This document shows positions 30,415 to 47,133 of a stretch of 64,000 nt of DNA, one piece after another. The stretch lies in assembly GCF_009914755.1 (NCBI RefSeq), contig NC_060928.1; one strand, written 5' to 3'. Made by a program: the position numbers and the translations under genes. The notes beneath the pieces are model-generated. The model worked only from the letters and a program-made list of their open reading frames with translations, searched no databases and was not told the origin of the DNA. How positions within the stretch are numbered: the first letter of the stretch is position 1; each line of letters starts with the position of its first letter. The stretch comes from the human T2T-CHM13v2.0 reference genome, Homo sapiens.

Positions 30415-33400
30415 AGGGTGAATCAACGAATGATAGAATAGAGGTTGATAAGCTTATATATCTCTTCAACAACAAGTATTCTGCAACTCATCACGGACAA
30501 AAGTCTCTGCGGGTGCTTCAGGGTTCAGGTAGGAGGCTGTAAAATTCCAGTGGAGTCCAAGACTTAGGAGTGTCATTTTGAGAGGCCAAACCTGTGTCCA
30601 AGTTGCTAATTTACTGAGGGTGCTCTCAGGCTTGAGACCGCAAGTGATCCCATTTCCAATGGGGAATAAATAAGCCCCATTTGACCTTGAGTCTGCAACC
30701 AAAACCATTTTCCACAAGATCTAAGAGGAATAGCACAAAGAAGTGCCTCAGTGGAGAGGCTTATCTGCCTGCCAACATTGTCTTGGCAGTGAACCTAAAA
30801 TTTTCCCTGTGGCTCAGCCCCAGCCCTTTGCAACTGAGGTTCCAGTTTCAAACTACTTGCACAAGGACCTAGAGGGAGTCTTAGCTAATGGGTCACCAAC
30901 CTCTGTCCCACAGTAGATTTTAAGGAGACCTAATCTCAACCCCAGCGTCTCTCTTTTGGTATTCAAAGAACTATCCTGTCTATGCAGGGACCTGCTGGGA
31001 AATGCAAGTGCATCTAAACTAATGGGATCTCCAGCAACAGATCTCAAGGGTTCCCAGTCGTAGTTCTGGCTCCTCTCACTGCAGCTGAGGAACTAGCCCT
31101 CTCTGCAGGAACTTGCGAAGAGCTGCATACCCATTTGAGTCAAGAAGACAGGTTTGCCAAAAGCTGTCTTACAACAGATTTTGAAGGGGCTCTGTCTCAG
31201 CTCCAGCCCTTTCTGCTGCAGCTGGGAATCTATCCTGCCTCTGTAAGAACCATCTGGGTTACTGGGACAGTCCTCTGGGTTTGGATCCTTGGCCAGTTTT
31301 ATATCGCAATACCTTCCTTAGGTCTTCATCAAGTACATTGGGGTTGGAGAGCTGGATCAAGTTTGGAGCCCTCATGAGACTCACAATAAGCCTGAGTTTA
31401 GAGTGTCCTCTAGTGCTGAGGAGACTGCAGTGGTCCTAGGCTCAGGGAACGCAGTAGTCATTCTGCTTAGAAATTTTGGAAAGCCCTGAAGGAGAATACA
31501 AACAAAACCAGACTGTAAAGAACAAAACAAATCCATAATCCCTCAATATTCAGGCATTGTTGCACATCACATTGTTGCACACCCACAAGCATCAAGAACA
31601 TTCAGAGAAATAATATTTCACCAAATAGAAAAAGTAAGCTACCAGAGACCTTGAAGTGATGGAAATGTGTTATCTCTTAGACATAAAATTCCAAAAATCT
31701 GTATTAAGGAGGCTCAATGGACTTCAAGAAAACACAAAGAATCAATTAAGACATTTAACAGATAATTTTGTTTAAAAAAAGAGATTAATATGATAAAACA
31801 ATCAAACAGAAATCCTAGATGTGAAAAGTACAATGAACTAAAGAAAAAAATGTAATAGAGAGTCTCAACAGCAGAATTATTAAACATTGAATAAAATTAG
31901 AAAGCTCAAAGACAAGCCATTTATAAATACACAGTCAGAGGAGAAGAAAGAAAAAAGAATGAAAAGGAGCACTAACAGCTTATGTGGTATATGAGACAAC
32001 ATTTTAAAGAAAATATTTGGGTTATTGGAGCTCAGGAGGGAGTTCAAAAAGGCAAAGTAGTAGAAATCTTATTAGAAGAAATAATAACAGAAAACTTTTC
32101 AAGCCTCAAGAAAAATATGAATATCTAGAAGCAGGCTGGATGAAAGTCACCAATGAGATTCAACCCAAATTAGAATAACCTAATATATATTATAATTATA
32201 CTCTAAAAAGCCAAATAAATAGAGAGGATCCTGGTAACAGCAAGAGAAAATAAGCAAATAACATATAAGGGAGTTTCAATATACCTAGAAACAGACATCT
32301 CTGGAGCAGCCTTACAGGACAAAAAGGAGTGTGATGATATATTGAGAGTGTTAAAGGAAAAAAAATCTGCCAACAAATAATACTGTAACTAAAAAAGCTA
32401 TCTTTCACAAATAAGGAAGAAATATGAGTTTCCCAAACAAAAACAAGCTGAGAGAGTTTACTGCTACTAGACCTGTAATGCAAGAAATTCTAAAGGGATT
32501 TCTTCAAACTGAAAGAAAGGATGCTAACATGTAAGAAGAACATATCTGAATGTATAAAATTCACTGGTAAAAGTAAGCATACAGACAAAGTATAGTTACT
32601 TTAATACTTACTCTAATACTGTAATCACAGTATTTATACTGCTTATACCTTTGGTATGAAGACTAAAAGACAAACCTATTAAAATAATTATAACTACATT
32701 AATTTGTTAATAGGCACCATACAAAGATGTAAAGTGTGATATCAATAAATCAAAATGTTGGAGAAAACAAAGTTATAGTGTTTGTTTTCTTTTATTTGCA
32801 ATCACAGTTGTCAGTTTAAAACAACTTATTATAGCTCTAAGAGGTTTTTATGTAAGTCTCATGATAACCACAAAGAAAAAACCTATAACAGGTACACTAA
32901 AATAAAAATCAATGAATCAAAGCATACTACCAAACAAAACCCCTTAACTACAAAGGAAGACAATGAGAGTGGAAAAAAGAAATAAAATATCTACAAATCA
33001 ATTACAAAACAGACATCAAAATACAGAAGTAAGTCCTTACCTATTAATAATTACCTTCACTGATTAGCTTGAATTCTCCATTAAAAGATATAGAATGGCT
33101 GAAAAGAACATTGGAAACTGTGCAAATATATAAAATTTAAACAACATGCTGCTGAATGACCAATGGATCAATGAAACAATTAAAAAGGAAATTCAAAATA
33201 TTTCTGGAGACAAATGAAAATGAAAACACAACATATGAGTTATAGCAAATTCAGTTATAAGAGGGAAGTGTATAGAGAAAACACCTTCATCAAAAAGTAG
33301 AAAGATCTCAATTAAACAGTCTGTTGTTGCACCCCAGGGAATGAGAAAAACAACAACAAATGACTCAAAATTTGTGGAAGAAAAAGTGGTAATAAATACT

Positions 33401-36400
33401 AGATCAGAAATAAATAAAATAGTGGCTAAAAACAAAACAAAAAATCATTGAAGAGTTTGCTTTTGGAAAAGGTAAACAAAATTAACAAACCTTTAGCTGG
33501 ACAAACTAAGGAAAAAGAGAGATGACTAAATAAATAAAATCCGAGATTAGATAAAGGAGACATCAAAACTGATACCAGATGAATACAACATATCATCATA
33601 GAGTGTTAGGAACAACTTTATGTCAACAAATTGAATGAATACATTCCTGGACATATACAACATACTAAGACTGGATCATGAGATAACAGAAAACATGAAT
33701 AGGGTAATGACAAGTAATGAGATTGAATTTCCAATGAAAGTCTCCCTTAAAAGAAAAGCCCAGGACCTGATGACTTCACTGCTGAATTCTACCAAACATT
33801 TAAAGAGGAACTAATACCAGTTCTTCTCAAAGTATTTGAAAAAACTGATGTGGAGGAAATTATTCCATATTTACTTTAGGAGGCCAGAATTACCCTGATA
33901 TCAAAACCAGACAAGAAAAAGTATATAGAAAAAAAAAAAACACCTAGCAGGCCACTCTTCCAGAAGCACATAGATGCAAATATCTTGAACCAAAATACTA
34001 GCAAACTGAATTCAAGAGAACTTCAAAAGGATCATTCACCATGATCAAGTACCATTTACGACAGGAATGCAAGGATGGTTTAACATACTCAAATCAATAA
34101 ACATGTATACATCACATTCAAGGAAAGAAAGAAAGAAAGAAAAAGAAAGAAAGAAGGAAGGAAAATAAGGAGGACTAAAGACAAGAAACATACGATCATC
34201 TAAATAGATGCAGAAAAAGCATTTGATAAAATCCAACATTGTTTCACTAAAAGGAAAACCTAAAGAAACTAGGCATAGAAGAAAAACATTTCAACACAAT
34301 AAAGGCCATTTATGACATACCCACAGCTAACATCATACTGACTGGAGAAAATTGAAAGTATTTTTTTTTCTAAAACCTGGAAAAGACAAGAATACTAACT
34401 TTCACTATTCAATGTAGCACAGGAAGTTGTAGCCCTAGCAATTAGGCAAGAGAAAAAAATAAAGTGTATCCAAATGGGAATAAAGGAAGTCAAATTGTCT
34501 TTGTTTCTATATATGTAATATCATATATAGAAAACTCTAAAGACGCCATGAAAAAATTGTTAGAATAAAAAATTTCAATAAAATCAAAGGTTACAAAGTC
34601 AACATGCCAACATCAGTAGCATTTCTATATGCCAACAGCAAACTATCTGAAAATAAAATCATGAAAACAACCTCTTTTACAATAGATACATAAAAATAAA
34701 ATATATAGGAATAAACTTAACCAAAGAGAGGAAAGATCTCTAAAATAAAAACTCTAAAACACTGATAAAAAAATGAAGTTGACACTCATCAGTGGAAGGT
34801 CCATGGACAGAAATGAAATGTTCATGGATTGAAAGAATTAATATTGTTAAAATGTACAAACTACCCAAAGCAATCTAGAGAATAAATGCAATCCCTATCA
34901 AAATAGCAATGACATTCTTCATGGAATTTTGTTTTTAAATCCTAAAATTTTTGTTGAACCACAAAAGTCCCTGAACAGCCAAAGTAAGCTTGAGCAAACA
35001 GAACAAAGCTGAAGGTATTACATTACCTAACTTTAAAACATATCACAGAGTAATGGTAACCAAAACAACATGGCACTGGCATAATAACATACCTGTAGAC
35101 TAATGAAACAGAATACAGAAACCAAAAATAAATCTATACATGTATAGAAAATTATCAACAAAGGAACCAAAAACACACGTTAGGAAAAGGACAGGCTCTT
35201 CAATACACAGTGCTGGAGAAACTGGATTTCCACATGCAGAATAGAAATAGGCACATATCTTTCCCAGTTACAAAAATCGATTAAAAATGTATGAAAGACT
35301 TAAATGTAAGACTTGAAACTTTGAAATTCCTAAAAGAAAACATAGGAGAAACTCTTCATGATGTTGGACTGGGCAGAGTGTTTGAATAAAACATCAAAAG
35401 TACAGTCAATGAAAGCAAAATTAGACATGTAGAATTATATAAAACTAAAAAGCCACTGAACAGCAAAGGAAATCATCAAGACTGAAGAGACAACCTACAG
35501 AATGGGAGAAAATATTCATAAACTATGTATCTGACTAGTGGTTAATATTCAGAATATAAAGAAACTCAAATCAATAGCAAAACAACAAATAATCCAGTTT
35601 AAAATTGGGCAGGAATGTGAATAAACATTTTGGGAAAAAAAAGTACAAGTAGCCAACAGGTGTCTACAAAAAATGCTCACCATCACTAATCATCAGGGAA
35701 GTGCAAATCAAATTCACAATGAAGTATCACCTCACCCAAGTTAGACTAGTTGCTATAAAAAAGAAAAAAAAAGGTAACAAAACTTGGGGAGGATGTGGAG
35801 AAAGGAGAACTTTTATACACTGTTGGTGAGAATGTAAATTAGTACATCCACTATGAAAATCAGCATGAAGGTTCCACAAAATTTAAAAATAGAAGTACCA
35901 AATGACCCAAAAATCCCACTTCTGGCTGTATATTCAAAAGTAATGAAATCAGTATGTCAAAAAGAATCTGCACTCCCATGTTTATTGCAGCATTATTCAC
36001 AATAGCCAAGACATGGACTAAACATATGTGTCCATCGATGAATGAATGAATAAAATAAATGTGATATATATATATACACACAATGGAATTGTATTTAGCT
36101 TTAAAAAATGAAACCCTACGACTTGCAACAACATGGATGAAACTAGAGGACATATAAAGTTAAGTACGGCACAGAAGACAGATACCACATTATCACACTC
36201 ATATGTGGAATCTGAAAAAACCTGATCTCATAGAAGTGAACAGTAGAAAAGCGGTTCCCCAAGGCTGAGGAGAGTATTCAGGGAAGGATATAAGGAGAGG
36301 TTGGTCAAAGGGTAGAAAGTCATAGTTAGACAGGAATAAGTTCTGGTATTCTCTTGAAAATTAGAGTGACTAGTCAACAATAGTGTATTGTATACTTCAA

Positions 36401-36584
36401 AATAGCTAGAAGAGAGAATTTTGAATGTTCTCATTGCAAACAAATGAGAAGTGTTTGAGGTGATAAATATGCTAATTATAATGATTTAATCATTACACAA
36501 AGCATATAGTTATCTAAATATTACACTGTATCCCATAAATATATATAATTATTATGTACCAATTAAAAAAATAAAAAAATTAAT
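30415..36584 (+). mobile_element. Full-length-boundary L1MA (approx. L1MA4-7) with 5' UTR, ORF1 and ORF2 remnants and an internal deletion of most of the endonuclease region
   Basis: Candidate TSD AATTTACTTAAGG (30402-30414) / AATTCACTTAAGG (36585-36597); ORF1-like 31600-32550; ORF2 motifs (AAAAGCCCAGGACCTGATG, GATGCAGAAAAAGCATTTGATAAAAT); L1MA 3' UTR and A-tail; no intact ORFs. Confidence 0.85.
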
Positions 36585-37722
36585 AATTCACTTAAGGTGT
36601 GCAATGACCAACAAGTAAGATACGATGTACTTTCTATCTATAGAAGTTCTGATTCTGCACTTCTCAATTTCCATATTACAATCTATCTTCCCAGGTACTC
36701 CTGCTAACTGGGTAAGTTTAATCATTTAAGATAATTTAACAGTTTATGTATTTCATTCTCAATTGATAAAATGGAAAAATGGCTTTGATGAACTTGATTA
36801 ATGTGAATCTGTTCTCAAAACATGGTCTATTGTTAGAATGTTAATACATGCAGAGAGAGGGAAAAAATGAGACAGAAAAGCTGAGAACCATATACTGGGG
36901 ACATCTAGCTTACTAAGGTTTTTCTTCTGCATGAGGTCCTAGAAGAAGTCTTGTCAAACTGTCTTTGATCACAAACTTTTCACATAGTATTAGAAAGATA
37001 TTCCTTCAGTATGAAGTACGTTTGAAACATTACAGGTACAAGATGTGAAATCCAGACTAGAAGTGCCACTGGAGGTCACAATGGGGGACATTGCCTTTGG
37101 AGAGTAGGCTGTGAATTAGTGTGGCTTATTCCAAGTCAGATGACCAATGAGTGGGACCTGAAGTACTGATCAATCATTTTGAAAGGCCCCATTTTTGCTT
37201 TATTGTTCCTGGTGACATTTTGCCTTAACTACACAATGGAGACTTCAGGAGGAAGCTGCTTTCACTACTTTTTTTTTTTTAATTACCATGAGGGTTAGAA
37301 CATTTTTGTCCAATTACCACTTCTTTTTGCCACCTGAGCACAGTCAGCAGTCAGCATAAAAAAGTGATAATGGGAAGTTAATGTCTAACCAGGTCACATT
37401 TCGCTTCAAAGGAACAAAACACATACAAAATGCATGTTTTTTTCTGACCTTGGCTTTCATTTCCCTCTAACACCTGACATAGAATTTAGCAGACATTGAT
37501 ATCAGCCATAGCAGAAGATAAAGCAGTGACAAATATAAGGATATAACTGGAAAAGGCCCTATGTTGGACTAAGAGTTTTGGATTCTAATACTTCATTAGT
37601 TAATCTCTCTCTCCCTCTGAGTGATTATGCATGGCCTGTCTCATTCTCACTGTCAGAAAAAGTCTATTTTATTTGATAAGTGAAATTATTTAAAGATAAA
37701 GGGGTGATTTGAAACTATTATA

Positions 37723-38207
<485 letters not shown>

Positions 38208-39039
38208 CTACTTTATGTATATCATAGAATAGAATACTCACAAAAATACTTCAAAGCAAATATTGGCTCCATTTTGCAGATGTGAAAATTAGAGGTCCTG
38301 AAAGTTGGATTAGCTTGCCTAACATAACTTAGCTACTAAGTGAGGCATCAGGATTTGAAGCTAGACATGCTTCTGCACTAGATCACAACTTCATTGTCAG
38401 CTTTTCTAAATACAAAAATGACTGAGGAACAAAGAATAGTTTTTAAACATTATATGAACAAAAGAGTGACCAGAGATGATCACTTATACTAAAAAATGTT
38501 GTTAGATATTATGCAGTGAAAATGTTCCTTTACCAAGTAATTTTCAGAAATCCTGAGTTAAAGAAGTAAATCAAAATTTTTTTTTTTTGCTATAGGATTT
38601 CTTGTAGCTTTTAATATGAATGGTATATTTCTGAGACTGTATAAAGGATGTGGCATTATTCAACATTTTTGAGTATGAAGCTTCTTATAAAATTAACTTT
38701 CTATTGAATATCCATTGGAAAATACATATACAGGAGGAAAATTTATATCAAATAATCTTTGGTACTTGTACTGAATGAGGGTAATCTGCATTAATTTCAG
38801 AAATCTAGAAACATTACAGCCCTAGGGATTGGATCTGAGGATAACAGATTAGAATAAATATTGAAAAATCTATATACTATTAACAGACTTCTGAACTGCC
38901 TCTTTTTTCTAGATTTTTGAGACAGAGTCATGAATCTGATGCTGTCTTTAGAGACATCACAATCTAATTCAATGATTTGCAATTAAGACGGTCAAAGTAT
39001 GTGGAAATCACCTCCACAGTCTCTTCCAAACTCCACATT

Positions 39040-39230
39040 CTATTATTTATGAAGTGCCAAACTCTTTATATGTATTAACTCATTTCATTCTGCAGTAACT
39101 CCATGAGGAAGGTACTTACATTGTCTCTTTTTCACAAATGAGAAAAGGAAATTAATTTGACCAACATTCTATAATTTTAATGTGGGGGTACCAGAATTTA
39201 AACTCAAGTCTATAACTTTGCATTTGAACA
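39040..39230 (-). mobile_element. MIR
   Basis: TGTATTAACTCATTTCATTC...CCATGAGGAAGGTAC...TTTTCACAAATGAGAAAA. Confidence 0.6.
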
Positions 39231-39735
39231 TTAGATCAGGAACATTCAAGCATTCATAGTAATGGGGATTTCTGGTGGTAGGTAAATCGTAGAAATAATT
39301 AGCTCCAATTCAAACATTCTGTCTCAGATTGTATATGAGAGATATCTTGGAAATGACACTTCTACAAAGTACTCGAGGAGATTCTGATACTGATGGCTCA
39401 CAAAATACATGTGATGTTCCTTATTGTATTCCTTAAGCAAAAACCATAATTTGATTCTGTAACATAATTTAACTTTTAAAATTTTTAAATAAACAGCTAC
39501 TTAAGCTTTACAATCAGAAACACTTAAGCAGCCCTACTGTTTTTAAGATGATATCATAATGACAAAGATCTAACTGTTCATGTCCTTTTATCTATTAATT
39601 ATCAGTAAAGAGCCCTGAATTGTGACTTACATAATAGTTAAAAGACCACTAAGAACTTGTGTCACTTTCAGCAAGTCACCTATCCTGTCTGAGATTCCTT
39701 TTTCTGATCAAATAAAGAGCCAATAATTTAATTTT

Positions 39736-41963
<2,228 letters not shown>

Positions 41964-44900
41964 CAATAATTCCATTTTAAAAATTGTTTCCTATCAAGTG
42001 TTTTCTTAGTTTTGTCTTATGCGCTTTATTTGTGTCTGACCTAATTCATACTCTTCTTGTAACAAAAACAGGTGATACGACTCTTTTCTTATTTTATAGT
42101 GAATAGAACTGATGTGTAGAACCATAAGTGGTTTGGCAAGATGACAGGCAATAAGTAGCTAAGCTGCGATTCACAATCAGATATTTAAGCTATAACACCT
42201 CTTTTCTGAAAATTATGATAAAGATTTTACTTATTCAAGAAATTAATGACCCTTTTAGTTGTATAATTCTTCTATATTCAAGGTGTTAAGAATACTATCT
42301 TAAAGCTGTGAGAGTTCGTATAACTTCTGACAACTGACTCATATATTTGCAGGACGTTTTAGATGGAGAAAATCTGGCTCAGAGTTGCATAGAAAATCCG
42401 AAATAAATTTTGCTTTGCATTTCATACACTTTGACAATTATAATTGGTAGAAATAATAATGAGGCAAATGGTATTCTTCAGCTTGACTTGTTAACCACCT
42501 ATTTCCTGCCTATAACCTTAGCAAAGAGAAAGTCCTACAGAAGGGCTTTGTTGTTATAATATTAGACTTCTCTAATTTCCCTTTGACCTCTTTGAATCAG
42601 GCTTCTTATCTGGGAATTTGACCAAAACTGTTCATCTCAGTATTTTTGATCTGCTCTAGGTACAGGAAAAGTGCCAAATTTTCAAGTTCATTATTTTAGC
42701 TCTTTTAAATTGTTGCTGATACCAAGGCAAAGGAGATTATATTTCAAAACAGAGGATACAACAACACCCATGACACGACTATGTAAAATCTCAGAGATGA
42801 TTAGAACAATAAGGTCTCAGTATGCATTCCTATCTTATTATGGAGTCAATGAACTGCAAAGAACTTCAGAGATCTGACAGTTCAATATACTAGTTTTACA
42901 AATAGCGGAAAAGGGAAAGAAGAAAAAAATAAGGGAGGAAAAAAAGTTGGGGAGGGGGAGAAAGAAAGAGTAAAAAAGGAAAAAGGGAAGAGGAAAAGCA
43001 AGAAAAAGTAGGAAAACATTTAATTGGCATAAATATCTGCTAGGCATTATATTAGATGCATTATTTATATTATCACAGTTAATGATTTCATGGTTAGGAG
43101 GGAGTAATTTGTGGATTAAAAAAAAAAGCAGTATTTCAAGTACAATAAATAACCTTCCAAGACCTCGTCTATGGGGCAATTATCATCAGAAATAGTTTTA
43201 TGTCATACCGTTCATCGTGATGCTCAACACCATTAGTCTTCCTCAAAGGTCCCACACTAACTAGTGAAAGATCTGAAATTTGAATTCATTGTCCTGATTT
43301 CTCCCCTAGTACCGCTTCCATTATACCATGCCCCCTCTCCTTTATGCCATGTATGCTTATGAGGCATTGTACAGCACAGAGATGAGCATGTTCTCCAAAT
43401 TCAGTAGATTACAGATTCTTCAAGTTGGGATAATAATGCTCAGAAGTGGGGCAGCTCTTTGGAAGCCAAATCCACTCTGAATTTACAGATGGGAAAATGA
43501 AAATAGGTGCAACTGTCAGTTTGATAGACCCAAGCAGATTGAACAATGTGATTATCAACGTAAAAATTATCATGTTTAGGTTTATGTTAGAGTTACAGAG
43601 TAACTCAGTTTTGTTATTTTAGAAGACTCATAAGAGGTTCTTTTTGTGTGATGCTTTAGACTTAAATGTTTTTAAAACAACAATGCTTACAACAATACTG
43701 TGAATTGAGTTATTAAATTCCCAAGTTTTAAAAGGGAGAAGCTTAACTAGGACTAGGAGAATTAGAATGAATTCTCTTTAGACTTAATAAACAGCAGAAC
43801 TGGACATGAATCTAGGGAGTCTAGTGTATTTTAACTTATGTACAGCCAACTTGAACAGTTGATATTTATAGAACCATTTAACCAAGAGAACAACATTCAT
43901 TTCAAGTGCACCTTTGTCCTTTATCAAGATAGGCCACATTTTATTTCTGAAACATTTAAGCCTTACTTTAAATACCATTAAAAACTATTTATTAATAAAT
44001 ATTAATCAATAGCTATTTATTAATAGTAACAATTTTGTGTAAATGAAAACTATTTATGTTTTAGCATTAGTTCTTCCTCATACATTGAGCTAGGTTTTTT
44101 AAATTTCCAATGCCTTTGTAATTTTGTGTTTTTAGGTGGTGATGATCATGAAAATATATTTCCAATAATGTGATTATATAATGCTCCATAAACATACATA
44201 TTATTAAAAAGTCATACTTTTGTACAAAGAGTAGAAAATAAGTAATTAAAAAAACGTATTAAAGTCTCAGATACAAGTAATTTTCAAGGCTTCACCAGAT
44301 CCTTTAACTTTTCTTCAAATAAATAACTTGTTTTGCAGCACTACTAGCTAAGATTAATGATTGCATCATGGGGTCATGGTATACAACGCAATTGAAGCAG
44401 TTTGATGCAAAATATATGCATTTGACATCACTTGTGCAACATTTAAGTACTTGTTGAAATCTTAGGTTCTTTGCAGACATGACCACTTAACAACTGGGTT
44501 AACTTAATTACTCTACTTTACCTTCTTGAGTTTAAATTCAATAATCTCATTTGGAAATAAAGCACATAATTAATTTTGAGGGGGAAATTAATACAATATA
44601 AGTTTTTTTAAATTTTCAAATTAGCAATTTTACATAATAGTCAAAAAGCATCAGCACAAAAAAGGAAAGAAAGAGGGAAAAATAAAAGAAAAAGAAAATG
44701 TTCTAAATGAGTAGGTTTACCAATTTCTGAGAGACTGTCATTTAAATTTCAAGAAAATATTTATTAATCATCTATTACATGACAAGCATGATATAAAAAA
44801 AACTCGGAATACTAAGATTTAAAATACATGAGAGGCATCCAAAAACAGTCCCCAGAAACCAAAAACAATTATTAATAGAACTACCATACATTCAGTGACC

Positions 44901-45541
44901 CTACTTCTAAGATATCAAGGTGTATATATCCAAAGGAAACAAAATCATTACCTTAAAGAGATAGCTGCATCCACATATTCATTGCAGTATTAGTTATGAT
45001 AACTAAGATATGGAAACTACTTAAGCGTCCATCAGTGGTTGAACATATAAAGAAAATGTGCTACATACACATAATGCATTACTATTCAGCCATTAAAAAG
45101 AAGGAAATCTTGCCATTGTGACAAAAAAGATGAATCTGGAGACCATTATGCAAAGTAAAATAAATCAGATACAGAAAAACAAACGTTGTATAATCTCACT
45201 TACTTTGGAATCTAAAAAATGTCGAACTCATAGAACCAAAGAGTAGAATGGTGGTTGCCAAGGTCCCGCGGAGAGGGTAAATGGGAGATATTAGTCCAAG
45301 GCCAAAGGGTACAAACAATGTTTTAAGATGAATAAGTTCTGTAAATCTAACAACATGATGACTACAGTTAATAATCTTATATTGTTACTTGAAATCTGCT
45401 GAGAATAGATTTTCAGTATCCTCACCACACACTTACACACACAAACACAGAAGAACAAATGGTAACTAAGTGTGATATTGGAACTGTTAATTTGATTCTG
45501 ATAATTATTTTACAATGTATATGTATATTAAATAATCATAT

Positions 45542-47133
45542 TGAGAGGTGACAGCGTGCTGGCAGCCCTCTCAGCCCTCGCTCAATCTCGGCACATCCTT
45601 GGCCTCGGCGCCCACTCTGGCCGCACTTGAGGAGCCCTTCAGTCTGCTGCTGCACTCTGGGAGCCCCTTTCTGGGCTGGCCGAGGCTGGAGCCGGCTCCC
45701 TCAGCTTGCAGGGAGGTGTGGAGGGAGACGCGTGGGCGGGAACCGGGGCTGCCCACGGGCTTGCTAGCCACCGCAAGTTCCAGGTGGACGTGGGCTCAGC
45801 AGACCCCACACTCGGAGCTGCTGACCGGCCCTGCCAGCCCTGGGCAGTGAGGGGCTTAGCACCCAGGTCAGCAGCTGCCGAGGGTGCGCCGGGTTCCCCA
45901 GCACTGCCGGCCCGCCTGCACCCCATTCGAATTCTCGCCTGGAATCAGCTGCCTCCCCGCCAGGAAGGGCTCCAGACCCGCAGGCCGCCATGCCTGAGCC
46001 TCCACCCCCGCCTCCCCTCCGCTCCTCTCTCCCCCACCCTTCCCCCCTCCCACCTCCTTGATCCCCCCTCCCCACTGCGCCCCATCCATTCCACCACCCA
46101 AGGGCTGAGGAGTGCAGTCGCATGGCGCCCGGGACTGGCGGGCAGCTCCACCTGTGGCCCCAATGCAGGATCCACTAGGTGAAGCCAGCTGGGCTCCTGA
46201 GTCTAGTGGGGACTTAGAGAGCCTTTATGTCTAGCTAAGGGATTGTAAATATACCAATCAGCACTCTGTATCTAGCTCAGGGTTTGTGAACACACCAATC
46301 AGCACCCTGTGTCTAGCTCAAGGTTTGTAAATGCACCAATCAGCACTCTGTATCTAGCTAATCTGGTGGGACTTGGAGAACTTTTATGTCTAGCTAAGGG
46401 ATTGTGAATGCACCAATCAGCACTCTGTGTCTAGCTCAAGGTTTGTAAAGAAACCAATCAGCACCCTGTGTCTAGCTCAGGGTTTGTGATTGCACCAATC
46501 AGTGATCAGTGCTCTGTGTCTAGCTAATCTAGTGGGGATTTGGAGAACTTTCGTGTCTAGCTTAGGGATTGTAAGCGTACCAATCACCACCCTGTCAAAA
46601 TGGACCAATCAGCTCTCTGTAAAACAGACCAATCAGGTCTCTGTAAAATGGACCAATCAGCAGGATGTGGGTGGTGCCAGATAAGGGAATAAAAGCAGGC
46701 TACGGGAGCCAGCAGTAGCATCCCGCTCAGGTTCCTTTCCACACTGTGAGGACTTCGGTCTTCTGCTGTTTGCAAAAAATCTTGCTGCTGCTCATTCTTA
46801 GGGTGTGCATTGCCTTTATGAGCTGTAACACTCACCAGGAAAGTCTGCAGTTTCACTCCTGAGGCCAGCAAGACCACGAAGCCACGGGAGGAACGAACAA
46901 CTCCAGATGTGCTGCCTAAAGAGCTATAACACTGACTGTGAAGGTCTGCAGCTTCACTACTGAAGCGAGCGAGACCACGAACCCACCAGAAAGATGAAAT
47001 TCCAAACACGTCTGAATATCGAAAGGAACAAACTCCAGACGCATCAGCTTTAAGAAGAGTAACACTCACCGCAAGGGTCCCCGGCTTCATTCTTGAAGTC
47101 AATGAGACCAAGAACCCACCAATTCCGGACACA
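45542..47133 (+). mobile_element. Solo LTR12 (ERV9; LTR12C/E-type)
   Basis: TGAGAGGTGACAGCGTGCTGGCAG...CCAATTCCGGACACA; 4-bp TSD ATAT; tandem ACCAATCAGCAC..TGTRTCTAGCT units. Confidence 0.97.
46250..46700 (+). promoter_or_regulatory. LTR12 U3 enhancer/promoter: ten CCAAT boxes, a GATA site and a TATA-like AATAAAA
   Basis: ACCAATC counted ten times between 46251 and 46660; AGATAAG ~46679; AATAAAA ~46688; NF-Y/GATA use of ERV9 LTRs is established, activity of this copy is untested. Confidence 0.65.

Noticed and set aside
43980-44030. TATTTATTAATAAATA palindrome with a short local duplication
   Set aside because: Pure A/T low-complexity sequence; expected by chance here
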